From contig JAUPSS010000004.1 in assembly GCA_040285825.1 (NCBI GenBank), positions 4,307,784 to 4,371,783 on the forward strand: a stretch of DNA of 64,000 nucleotides, written 5' to 3'. This document shows, one piece after another, positions 34,102 through 46,500 of the stretch. The position numbers and the translations under genes are program-made. Source of the stretch: Eukaryota sp. TZLM1-RC (Eukaryota; Protista; Metamonada: BaSk clade). Numbering within the stretch: the first letter of the stretch is position 1; each line of letters begins with the position of its first letter. The notes under the pieces were generated by a model, which was not told the DNA's origin, did not search any database, and worked only from the letters and a program-made list of their open reading frames with translations.

Positions 34102-37100
34102 ATGTCTGAATGTTGTATGGAAGTTTTGCATGAGACACTTATGACATCACCTTCTTACATTGTCATCGCATCTACGAGTCTTCATATTGTTGATGCCTCT
34201 ATAGGATACAGTCGGTTGATGGGATATGATCGTGAAGAACTCATTGGATTACATCATTCAGCCCTGATTCACCCAGATTATTTATCTGCAACCAACCAAA
34301 CAGCATCTCGTCTCTTTTCTGACACTGAAACTCGTACACTAGTTAACAAGAACATTACCAAATGGGGAGATGTAGTCAATCTGATGTGGTCTGTCTTGTG
34401 TCCAATTGGTGATAATCTGGCATTTATTTGCCAGGCTTTCGATGAGACCGAGTTTCAACCAACAAAGCATACCATTGGGCGATTGACTGCTTCTGCAGAT
34501 TCAATGTCTCGTCTGACTGAAATGTTGGCCAAAACTAGTGGTCTAGGAATGTTTGTTTATGACGTAGAGTTTGAGTTATTTTACTGGAACCAGGTGCTAT
34601 GGGAAATGTTCAAACTGAACCAAGATTCATTTGTTAACAACATGGAGAACTTCCTCTCGCTCGTGACCGAGGAGACTCGTTCTCATCTTTCAGAAGGATT
34701 TTGCAAAGCTATCCATGAAGGAACACCGTTTGTCACAACTGTGCAAGTCATTGATGGTAACTGGTTCGAAATTGAGGGAAAAGTAGAGTTTGAGGACGGT
34801 AAACCCATCAGTATATATGGAATAGTGAAAGATGTGACTGAAGATGTGAAGAAAAGCGTGGCCCAAACAACAAAGATTCAGCAACAATATGATTTATTAG
34901 AAGAACTGCAAGCTGCAAAGGCTGAATTGACAGTGACGACAGAAGAATTGAAACAGGCTCAAGCTATTGCCAAGGTAGGAAGATTCGTTGTTGACTTGGA
35001 CAAAATGGAGATTTCTTATAATGATATGGGTGCAAAGCTCGTTAATCTAACGGAAGGCTCAGTGTTATCAATACAAGAACAATTGGAGCTTATGGAGACT
35101 CACAGTGCAGAGACTTTTCTTACTTCTATTCAACAATGTAGAGAAACGGTTTGTTTTGTTGTACGTTTAATCCCAGAAAAGTCCATTTGAGATGGAAGCA
35201 TCAATGCAAGTAAATGGAACCACGATGCATCTGCTAGCGAAAGGTGAACCCGCTTCAATAACTAAACTTGGAGAAGTCAAGCAAATTGTGGGGACAGTTC
35301 AAGACATCACAACCCTTAAACAAAAAGATATAGAACTTAGTCGTTCTCGTGCACTGTTCTCTGACATACTGGACTGTATTCTGGATGTAGTGATTGTGTT
35401 TGATGAGAGGGGTCTAGTTCTGTTCAATGACCACGCTTATAAGCTTTTTAACTTTGATGCAGTTGAATTAGCTAGCCTTAGTGAACTTTTGGTTTACCTT
35501 GCGCGAAAACTAAACGTAGTGGACCCATCATCATTTCAGAGACTCAGTGATCCATCTAGTCAGTTTAGGCAAACAAGGTTTTCCATTGATTCCAAGGATG
35601 GAAAGAGTTATGATGCCTTTACTACAGTTCTTGATCAAGCCAGTGACAGTACTCTCCGAGTGCTTACTCTAAGGGATATAACTGAATTGAAAAGCATTGA
35701 AAAAATGCTCATGAAGAAAACTGAAGAAGCTGAGAGTGCAAACAAAGCAAAGGGTTCATTTGTCCAAACAATGAGTCATGAACTGAGAACACCATTGAAT
35801 AGCATTATTGGAATGATATCAGTGTTGGAAACTACAGAGCTTCCTGAAAAAGTGTCTAGCATTATAGAAACAATCTCAAAGGCTTCAAGGCTTTTGCTCA
35901 ATCTCACTTGTGACATACTGGATTTCTCAAAAATAGAGAGTAGTCGTCTGGAGCTTGATCAACAGGAGTTTAACCTTACTGATATCATTGATAATACCTT
36001 GATTTTAATTGCAGAGATTTTTGTGGAATCTTTTGATGTAGAACTAACACTATTCATCGATCCTGTTCTAGATCGAATCTTTTTAGGCGATCCACAAAGA
36101 TTACAACAGATAGTTCTCAATCTGTTGAGTAATGCAATGAAGTTCACTGAAAAGGGTCATGTTCATATTCACCTTTCATTACTGAATGATGAATCTGACA
36201 AAGCAAAGTTTCGACTAGAAGTATCCGATACTGGTATTGGTATCAAGCAAGAAGACATATCCCGTCTTTTCCTTCCTTTTGAACAAATAAAAGGATCTAA
36301 ACCAGCAAGAAAATACTCTGGAACAGGTCTTGGCATTCCCATTACATGCCATCTCTTACAGCTTATGAATAGTAAGCTTAACATCGAGTCAGAAGTTGAT
36401 AAAGGTAGTAGGTTTTGGTTTCAAATGACTCTTCCACATAATGGATACCAAAGGCAATCTATACCTCCAGAAACTATTGTTCTACTTCCTGATTTTCCTG
36501 AACATTTACACCATACTAACCAAGTTTTATGTGATCAGTTGCAGGCTTTCGGGGTCAAGTTCATTAAAGGTTGTGGGACGAACTACGAAAGCCTGCAAAC
36601 TGTCCTAATGCGTAGTCCCGGCATTAAAGTTGCAATTGTTTTGTTCCAGAGTCGATACGAGAGAACACAAGTTATGGAAACCGCAATCCCTCACAAGGTT
36701 TTATTATACAAACCATCCTCAGCAAATGAAGTACAATCATATTGTGACTCCTTCTCATATTGTTTTCAATTGCCTCTGCTGTTTGTAAACTATAAGCAAA
36801 TGCTACTAATTCATAAGCAACAACGACGACGGAAAAGTGTAGCATCATTAAGAAAACCAATAGTCAAACCAGAAGAACAAATACTAGATCAAAAGTTTAG
36901 AATTCTTGTTGCAGAAGATAACACTCTTAATCAAAAACTTCTTTGTGTTTTGCTGAACACTTTGGAGTGTGATTTTCTGGTTGTCGATGATGGTAGTGTT
37001 GCTGTCGAAGAGTATGAAGAATCTTCCTACTCATTTGATTTAATCATTATGGACTTTCGTATGCCAATGCTTCCAGGAAATGAAGCTGCAAGGGTTATTC

Positions 37101-37294
37101 GACAATTTGAAAGCAAAAACAATATTGATCCCATACCTATCATCTGCTTGACTGGAGATGTAGTTGTAGAGGTAAAAGAAGAGGTGTATGCGAGTGGGAT
37201 GCAAACTTTTCTTCCGAAACCGGTAACATTAGAACAATTGAGGACATCATTGGATACACATTTGCCAAAATATAAACGATGCAGACAAGGTTGA
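34102..37294 (+). CDS. Hybrid histidine kinase (multiple PAS - HisKA - HATPase_c - receiver); 28-nt intron 35149-35176
   Basis: The intron joins RET|KSPFEMEAS in frame. H-box MSHELRTPL, N-box LNLLSNAMKF, DTGIGI, GTGLG; receiver AEDN..MDFRMP..KP. Confidence 0.95.
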
Positions 37295-38317
37295 AAAATG
37301 ATTCTGGCAGGTTTTCGCACATGTTGCACACATCGTTAAATTCATGTTGATGTACCAAATATATGTAAATCAAAGTTTGCAATAGGTATTTTTTTGAAAT
37401 ATAATGAGGAACTAATATATATAATACGTTTTATTAATACAGAAAACAATTTTTCCTATCAACAATCAACGTGAAATACTGAGTTTGTAACACTTTTGAG
37501 TCACCGCACATGGTGTTCAAAATATTCTACACCATCCAACAACCTTATACAATGCTAATTCTTTACAAATGGTTTTCATTTTAGACTTTGGAATGAATAA
37601 TCTCTTCATCAATGAAATGCAACTATTAGCAACTATTATATATGCTGTCCAAAGGAAAAAGCTATATTTTTTTACCCAACCTCAATTTAATCTACTGCCA
37701 CGTCATCATTCGGGATTTCAAGCTCTCAATTGCTCATACCACATGTTTTCTAGCAGATATGCTCGTATCTATCATTCTGCTTCATCAGACAACCATATAT
37801 ATATATGTATATATATACGAGCATATATGTATATATATATGATAGATACGAGCATATCTGCTAGAAAACATGTGGTATGAGCAATTGAGAGCTTGAAATC
37901 CCGAATGATGACGTGGCAGTAGATTAAATTGAGGTTGGGTAAAAAAATATAGCTTTTTCCCTGGACAGCATATATAATAGTTGCTAATAGTTGCATTTCA
38001 TTGATGAAGAGATTATTCATTCCAAAGTCTAAAATGAAAACCATTTGTAAAGAATTAGCATTGTATAAGGTTGTTGGATGGTGTAGAATATTTTGAACAC
38101 CATGTGCGGTGACTCAAAAGTGTTACAAACTCAGTATTTCACGTTGATTGTTGATAGGAAAAATTGTTTCTGTATTAATAAAACGTATTATATATATTAG
38201 TTCCTCATTATATTTCAAAAAAATACCTATTGCAAACTTTGATTTACATATATTTGGTACATCAACATGAATTTAACGATGTGTGCAACATGTGCGAAAA
38301 CCTGCCAGAATCATTTT

Positions 38318-41300
38318 TCAACCTTGTCTGCATCGTTTATATTTTGGCAAATGTGTATCCAATGATGTCCTCAATTGTTCTAATGTTACCGGTTTCGGAA
38401 GAAAAGTTTGCATCCCACTCGCATACACCTCTTCTTTTACCTCTACAACTACATCTCCAGTCAAGCAGATGATAGGTATGAGATCAATATTGTTTTTGCT
38501 TTCAAATTGTCGAATAACCCTTGCAGCTTCATTTCCTGGAAGCATTGGCATACGAAAGTCCATAATGATTAAATCAAATGAGTAGGGAGATTCTTCATAC
38601 TCTTCGACAGCAACACTACCATCATCAACAACCAGAAAATCACACTCCAAAGTGTTCAGCAAAACACAAAGAAGTTTTTGATTAAGAGTGTTATCTTCTG
38701 CAACAAGAATTCTAAACTTTTGATCTAGTATTTGTTCTTCTGGTTTGACTATTGGTTTTCTTAATGATGCTACACTTTTCCGTCGTCGTTGTTGCTTATG
38801 AATTAGTAGCATTTGCTTATAGTTTACAAACAGCAGAGGCAATTGAAAACAATATGAGAAGGAGTCACAATATGATTGTACTTCATTTGCTGAGGATGGT
38901 TTGTATAATAAAACCTTGTGAGGGATTGCGGTTTCCATAACTTGTGTTCTCTCGTATCGACTCTGGAACAAAACAATTGCAACTTTAATGCCGGGACTAC
39001 GCATTAGACAGTTTGCAGGCTTTCGTAGTTCGTCCCACAACCTTTAATGAACTTGACCCCGAAAGCCTGCAACTGATCACATAAAACTTGGTTAGTATGG
39101 TGTAAATGTTCAGGAAAATCAGGAAGTAGAACAATAGTTTCTGGAGGTATAGATTGCCTTTGGTATCCATTATGTGGAAGAGTCATTTGAAACCAAAAAC
39201 CTACTACCTTTATCAACTTCTGACTCGATGTTAAGCTTACTATTCATAAGCTGTAAGAGATGGCATGTAATGGGAATGCCAAGACCTGTTCCAGAGTATT
39301 TTCTTGCTGGTTTAGATCCTTTTATTTGTTCAAAAGGAAGGAAAAGACGGGATATGTCTTCTTGCTTGATACCAATACCAGTATCGGATACTTCTAGTCG
39401 AAACTTTGCTTTGTCAGATTCATCATTCAGTAATGAAAGGTGAATATGAACATGACCCTTTTCAGTGAACTTCATTGCATTACTCAACAGAATGAGAACT
39501 ATCTGTTGTAATCTTTGTGGATCACCTAAAAAGATTCGATCTAGAACAGGATCGATGAATAGTGTTAGTTCTACATCAAAAGATTCCACAAAACTCTCTG
39601 CAATTAAAATCAAGGTATTATCAATGATATCAGTAAGGTTAAACTCCTGCTGATCAAGCTCCAGACGACTACTCTCTATTTTTGAGAAATCCAGTATGTC
39701 ACAAGTGAGATTGAGCAAAAGCCTTGAAGCCTTTGAGATTGTTTCTATAATGCTAGACACTTTTTCAGGAAGCTCTGTAGTTTCCAACACTGATATCATT
39801 CCAATAATGCTATTCAATGGTGTTCTCAGTTCATGACTCATTGTTTGGACAAATGAACCCTTTGCTTTGTTTGCACTCTCAGCTTCTTCAGTTTTTTTCG
39901 TGAGCATTTTTTCAATGCTTTTCAATTCAGTTATATCCCTTAGAGTAAGCACCCGGAGAGTACTGTCACTGGCTTGATCAAGAACTGTAGTAAAGACATC
40001 ATAACTCTTTCCATCCTTGGAATCAATGGAAAACCTTGTTTGCCTAAACTCACTAGATGGATCACTGAGTCTCTGAAATGATGATGGGTCCACTACGTTT
40101 AGTTTTCGCGCAAGGTAAACCAAAAGTTCACTAAGGCTAGCTAATTCAACTGCATCAAAGTTAAAAAGCTTATAAGCGTGGTCATTGAACAGAACTAGGC
40201 CCCTCTCATCAAACACAATCACTGCATCCAGAATACAGTCCAGTATGTCAGAGAACAGTGCACGAGAACGACTAAGTTCAATATCTTTTTGTTTAAGGGT
40301 TGTGATGTCTTGAACTGTCCCCACAATTTGCTTGACTTCTCCAAGTTTAGTTATTGAAGCGGGTTCACCTTTCGCTAGCAGATGCAAGGTGGTTCCATTT
40401 ACTTCCATTGATGCTTCCATCTCGAATGGACTTTTCTGGGATTAAACGTACAACAAAACAAACCGTTTCTCTACATTGTTGAATAGAAGTAAGAAAAGTC
40501 TCTGCACTGTGAGTCTCCATAAGCTCCAATTGTTCTTGTATTGATAACACTGAGCCTTCCGTTAGATTAACGAGCTTTGCACCCATATCATTATAAGAAA
40601 TCTCCATTTTGTCCAAGTCAACAACGAATCTTCCCACCTTGGCAATAGCTTGAGCCTGTTTCAATTCTTCTGTCGTCACTGTCAATTCAGCCTTTGCAGC
40701 TTGCAGTTCTTCTAATAAATCATATTGTTGCTGAATCTTTGTTGTTTGGGCCACGCTTTTCTTCACATCTTCAGTCACATCTTTCACGATTCCATATATA
40801 CTGATGGGTTTGCCGTCCTCAAACTCTACTTTTCCTTCAATTTCGAACCAGTTACCATCAATGACTTGCACAGTTGTGACAAACGGTGTTCCTTCATGGA
40901 TAGCTTTGCAAAATCCTTCTGAAAGATGAGAACGAGTCTCTTCGGTGACGAGCGAGAGGAAGTTCTCCATGTTGTTAACAAATGAATCTTGGTTCAGTTT
41001 GAACATTTCCCATAGGACCTGGTTCCAGTAAAATAACTCAAACTCTACGTCATAAACAAACATTCCTAGACCACTAGTTTTGGCCAACATTTCAGTCAGA
41101 CGAGACATTGAATCTGCAGAAGCAAACATCCGTCCTATGGTATGCTTTGTTGGTTGAAACTCGGCCTCATCGAAAGCCTGGCAAACAAATGCAAGATTAT
41201 CACCCACTGGACATAGGAAGGACCACATCAGACTGACAACCTCTCCTTTTTTCGTAATGTTCTTGTTAACTAATGTACGAGTTTCAGTGTCAGAAAAGAG

Positions 41301-41510
41301 ACGAGATGCTGCTTGGCTGGTTGCAGATAAATAATCTGGGTGAATGAGGACTGAATGATATAATCCAATGAGTTCTTCGCGATCATATGCCATCAACCAA
41401 CTATATCCTTCAGAAATGTCTACAATATTAAGGGATGATGAAAGGATGATTATGTAAGAGGGTGATGCTACAAGTGTCTGATGGAGAAGCTGTCTACAAT
41501 CTTCGGACAT
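38318..41510 (-). CDS. Paralogous hybrid histidine kinase (inverted copy); intron 40436-40463; +1/-1 indels near 39195 and 39008 (pseudogene or assembly error)
   Basis: Same domain motifs as the 34102 gene; extra T in GGTTTTTGG, missing C in TGTC(C)TA; N-box N-to-I substitution. Confidence 0.8.
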
Positions 41511-41936
41511 TAATGGTTATGGATATGTATCAACAACTGTAATGGTGCAATATATCTGATTTCTGAAACAGTTCGCACTCGTCATCGCACTCAAATATAC
41601 AACCAATGAACAAACAGTAGATTCAACCTACTTGACGTATGATTAGTTGATTTGTAATAATGGTTCCATAGTACCATGGGTCCTGAGAGTAAGGACACTC
41701 ACTTGAAAGTGGACAATTAAGCTTGTTTAAGAATTCGATTTCACAAAGTACTCAACCACCCTTTCAGTGATGTCTAGATTCGATAACACTTGTTTTAGAA
41801 TTCAAATGTAGTCAAAGCATTGCAAGTATAGCTCATTTGTTTTAGAATTCAGACATCATAAGTATCTCAACTGACAACTCAAATAATAAATAAAAGTAAT
41901 CATCTACAGTAGAATTTAGGCATTCTCTTAAACATC

Positions 41937-44310
41937 ATGCCCTATCCTCGGTGGTTATCCTACATCATCTGTGACAGTGATCTTGAGATTGAATACATCT
42001 CGGCAGCATTGATATCATCTCTCAAACTTGAGAATTCTTCAACACATCGCAACTTAACACATGTTTTCACTGATCCTGAGTCTACTTATGAACTCACAGC
42101 CATCAGAAAGCTCCTATTTTCGATCAACAGTATCCAGGAACTACATTCATGTGAATCCACACAATTCTTCGTTGGACGGTCAAAACGGTTTTTCAACGCC
42201 ACTATAGTAGATATCCTTCCCAATAAGCGCTTCGTGGTTCTAATGAATGATGTGTCAACCCTTAAAAAACAAGTGCTATCTCTCCGTAAGCAGGTTGATT
42301 TGCTATCTAAAGCCCTAGATTCTATCAATGAAGGTTGTATCATAATCGGTGACCACGAGAAGGTAGAGTTTGTCAGCTCCCCTTTTCAGACAATACTCAA
42401 CAAGGTCATTCCACAAGTTACCCACATTTCCCAATATACCACCTTCACTTCACTTGTTTCCATGTTGAAACTAGAATGCAGTAATCCTCAAGACGTGGAT
42501 GAAAAGTTCCTTGAGGAAGGATGCACACCGACAACATTCAAATTGAGCTTTCGTTCTGGTGTCATTGAATTTAGAGTTGTTTGCTCATTTCATCTGACGT
42601 ATTTCTACAAAATTCTGTTCATCACTCCTCTTTTTTCCTTCCCTGATCGATCTGAGATGGGGTTTCTGCCTCCTTTTGACGTAGAACATGGAAGTGCCAG
42701 CACTGCACAAGAGATCAAAGACCAAGTTCTTTCTTCCGTGTTTCATGAGCTAAAGACCCCTTTGTTTGGTATTTATAGTTCATTAGAACTAATAGAACCT
42801 GAAAAACTTGAACCTGAAGTCTTTGAGTTCTTTCAACTAATTCGGGGTGGTGTTGATGTCCTTTCAATGCATATTAACAACGTGCTTGAAGTCAGTCAGT
42901 TGAAGGCAAATTCAGTAATTTCAAAACCCGAATCGTGTAGGGTTAATGATGTAATTGACAATGTGTTAGACTTGGTCTCAAATGTTATTCAAACATCTCC
43001 AGCAGAGGTAGTTACCTTCACTTCAAAGGTGTGTCACTCTGTAATGGAGGTCGACCACTACCACCTTGAAAGGATTCTGGTGTGCTTGTTAACCAATGCT
43101 GTTGAAAACACACACGAAGGATACATTTCATTACGAGCAGAGTGTGTCTCTGATGATGGTCAATTAGTAGCCGTTAAATTCATGGTGAAGGACACTGGTA
43201 TTGGTATTCCTACTAGATATATGCCCTACATCTTCGAGCCCTTTGTATCCATTCCTGATACTGTTAACAGAACGCCTGGGTTAGGGTTGGGGCTCACCAT
43301 TGCAAAGCTTACGTGTCAGTTATTAAAAGGTGACTTGGAGTTTCAATCTGAGGAAAACCACGGTAGTTGCTTCTACTTTACCTTGAAGTTTCCCGTAAAG
43401 GAACACCTCAGCTTTCCATTGAAAGGGAAGACTGTCCTGTTGATCTCTGACCAACAAAGCAGGATTGAATCGGTTGCATCCCAGTTGAGGGAGTGGGACA
43501 TGGTTGTTGATCCTGACAGCACTTGTTCATCCCTTGCTGCACTGACCGAGCGACTTGCAGTATCCACTTATGATATCTGTATTTTGGACAAACAAATGTC
43601 CTTTTTGGATCATATGGAGACCTCAGCTACCCCAGAAGTGTTTCACAAGGTTTCTGTTTGCTTCATGTATGATCAATTCAGACGTAGAATATCAATTTCT
43701 TCATTACAATTGAAGAATTATTCAATACTCCGTTGGCCAATGAACTTGGCGAACTGGATGCAAACATTGACTGAATTACTGTTTGAACAAAGAAGTAAAG
43801 ATCTGCAGGTACTTCCTCCTGTCACTCCTACTCTGTTTCAAGATAAGTTGGTTATTTGTGCGGAAGATAATGAAGTGAGTCAGCGTTTATTACAATTACT
43901 TCTTGGGAAAAAACTTGGTTTCAAGGTTTGTTTGAATCTACGGGTCATAATTGCAGGTTATAATGGTAGAGAATGGTGTTGAGCTCTGTGAAAAAGCAAA
44001 ATTATATTATGGCGAAACCTTTGCCTTAGTTACTGACCTAAGAATGCCAAAGAAGGGTGGTCACGAGGCAATATTAGAAATAAGAGAATGGGAAGATCAA
44101 GCTAAAACCAAGTGTAGAATTCCAATAATAGCTCTTTCAGCTGAGCCTGCCAAGGCTTTAAGTGACGCACTACAGGCAGGTGCCAGTTTCTTCCTCCAAA
44201 AACCAGTGGCTCTCACAGAATTGACCAAAATACTTACCATTATCGCATCAGAACAGCAGAAGAGAAGGTTCAGTATTGATGAAACCTTTTCCAGTGTAGT
44301 ACATCACTAG
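41937..44310 (+). CDS. Third, divergent hybrid histidine kinase; 31-nt intron 43926-43956
   Basis: VFHELKTPL, LLTNAV, DTGIGI, GLGLGL; receiver AEDN...GFK|VIMVENG...TDLRMP...KP restored by the intron. Confidence 0.92.
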
Positions 44311-44866
44311 TGAGGTGCCTACATAGTTCATTTTAGCTTGCTTTTTTGTAACACATATAAGGTATTCACAATTCTTTTGATCGGAATGGTTTTGTAAATT
44401 ATAATGGCATATCATTACACATTGAACAACAGGCAACGGGGACTATAAAACAACTCTAGCGTCTTTGTGTATCAGTATTTACCATGATGTCATCATTGAG
44501 TTTACCAATTTAAAAGCTTGGGAAAAGTTAAACCTTGATTGTGGTCGCATATTATTCCATCCTGTACGAAATTAAAAAAAATTTGCTGAGCCATATCAAG
44601 TTTGACACATACATCAAAAGGATCGGTAATAGTAACTAAACCATATTTTAACATGAAAAAATGAAATCTTTATTTGTGATGATTCAATTGAAATGAAATC
44701 TGAATGCAGGGGACTCTAACAGAGAGAATCAGGGCAAAATATGCTATTAGTTCAAACAATAGTTCTTGATTCAAGTTCAAGTAGTACTCGGAATTAACAC
44801 GTGTTCCTCAAATGAGAAACCATTAATTCTAAACACTGGCATCTACAGTTTAGCCCAAGCTCCCTC

Positions 44867-45988
44867 ATGGTGTATTACAAACCAAAAGAAACGTTTGGCG
44901 TTATTGAAACCACTGGTATCACAAAAGCCTCCAAACGTATCGATAAGCTTGTTATACTGTCCTTCTTAGCAGGTGTCTATATAAGTTTTGGTGGACTTGC
45001 TGCTTTGGTGGCAGGTGGTAGAATGGAAACAGTTGGCGCATCCTTTCTTGTTTATTCAGCTGTGTTCCCTGTAGGTACGTTAAATGTTAAATACTTATTC
45101 CATGTTTGATGTGGGTGGTATGGTGAAGTACACAATCTGACAACAGATCATTGCAGGTGCAGAACTATTCACAGTATGTGGTTAACTATGAAATTAATAG
45201 CAGGGAAACACAATGTTTTTGATTCCCCCTCTTCTCAAACATCGTGTTGTTATTCTCGATATCGGCAGGGTCTGGTTCTTTTCATTTATCTTCAATTTTG
45301 CTGCAAGCTTCCTCGTAGCTTTGGTCTTTTACAACATACTGGCTGGTGCTGCTGGTGGTTTACTATTAACTACAATTGTATCGAGTAAGATTGCATTACC
45401 TTTCTTTACCATATTTTTCCGGGCAATTGGCGCTAATTGGATAGTGAATCTAGCTATTTTGATGGCTTATGCATCAAATGAGATTGCAGGAAAGATACTG
45501 GCCATTTGGTTCAGCATTTTCACTTTTGTATTGGTTGGACTTGAACACAGTATGTATCAACAGTTGTGGCGTTAACAGAAGGTATAGCTAGTATGCATAC
45601 AGAAGGTAGTAGTTTCACTGCAGATGTGTTTTTCTTTGCTGCAGCATTATTTGCAGGAGGAACAGATATCACCTTTGGAGTTCTGTTGTGGAAGTTGGTT
45701 CCAGCCACTTTGGGAAACATTTTAGGTGGTGCAGGTTTCGTTGGTGTTTTATATTCTTATATTCATACAGTTGAGAAGACGGGAAGGCAAATATATCCTC
45801 CTCCTACACCCTTACTCACTGGAGAGAAGAAGCACGTTGCTCCACGTCCAATGTCACCGATAGTACCCACAGGAGATGTAGCCTCAAACAGTCTTCGGTC
45901 CGCAGAATCAGAGCCAAATGTTCTTTTGCCCAGTGCAAGACCTCCCTCCCCGCCTCCAGTAAGAAAACGTGTAGTTCCTCGGGTGTAG
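44867..45988 (+). CDS. Formate/nitrite transporter (FNT family); 6 exons, introns 45075-45103, 45118-45146, 45174-45203, 45550-45581, 45591-45623
   Basis: Splicing restores the FNT motifs FPVGLMWVIIAGAELFTGN and GLEHSIAN; LAGVYISFG, RAIGANWIV and TLGNILGG are also present. Confidence 0.9.
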
Positions 45989-46229
45989 CTGTCCATTCAC
46001 AAAGCAAGAGAGCGATCCTCGAATGCCATCAATAAATCAATATGTACAATATCGATGAAGAAGAAGAGCTGCGAAAGTAATTGATACTGCTGCTTATAAA
46101 ATTCACCACAACAGAGTTGATATTTTCGACCAGAAGCACAAAGTGAAGACACGTCACCTTCTTTTGTATATTCTTTTGTCAATATGGGTACACAGAGGGA
46201 CTTCCTTCTTTTCATGTATTTAAATTGAT

Positions 46230-46500
46230 TAACCTATATGATCTATTCAATGATCATTCAAATTTGATTGCATCTATTAACGGACAATTTACTAATGGTC
46301 AACACTGGGTAATTGTTGCGTTCTGGATCAAATGCAAAACAACACATGTTTTTTTGATAGTCTTCGTCATAGTGAAGAACATCAACAAAAAAATAATACC
46401 ATAATTTTTTGAAAAAACTTCACGTCAATATGTGTCAGAATATATCTGAATTTTTATGATCCAACTAATTTGATTATGGACTATTCACCATAATGTTTGC
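46230..46500 (+). pseudogene. Degenerate Ulp1/C48-like cysteine protease remnant (probably transposon-borne)
   Basis: NGQHWVIVAF...VF(F)DSL and a downstream Q..DYGLFTIMFA resembling Q.N..DCG.F; frameshifted. Confidence 0.45.

Larger units (their letters stand above)
34102..41510. repeat. ~7.4 kb quasi-palindrome: arms 34102-37775 and 37839-41510, 63-bp spacer
   Basis: The right arm is the reverse complement of the left, including the intron and ~480 bp of 3' non-coding DNA. Confidence 0.97.

Noticed and set aside
39000-39200. Compensating +1/-1 frameshifts as a programmed recoding event in the second kinase
   Set aside because: A stop lies between them and both indels are in short homopolymers; assembly error or pseudogenisation is more likely.
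34102-41510. Palindrome as a pure amplification or read chimera
   Set aside because: The arms carry many substitutions and strongly diverged N-termini, which a fold-back artefact of one molecule would not produce; long-read confirmation is still advisable.
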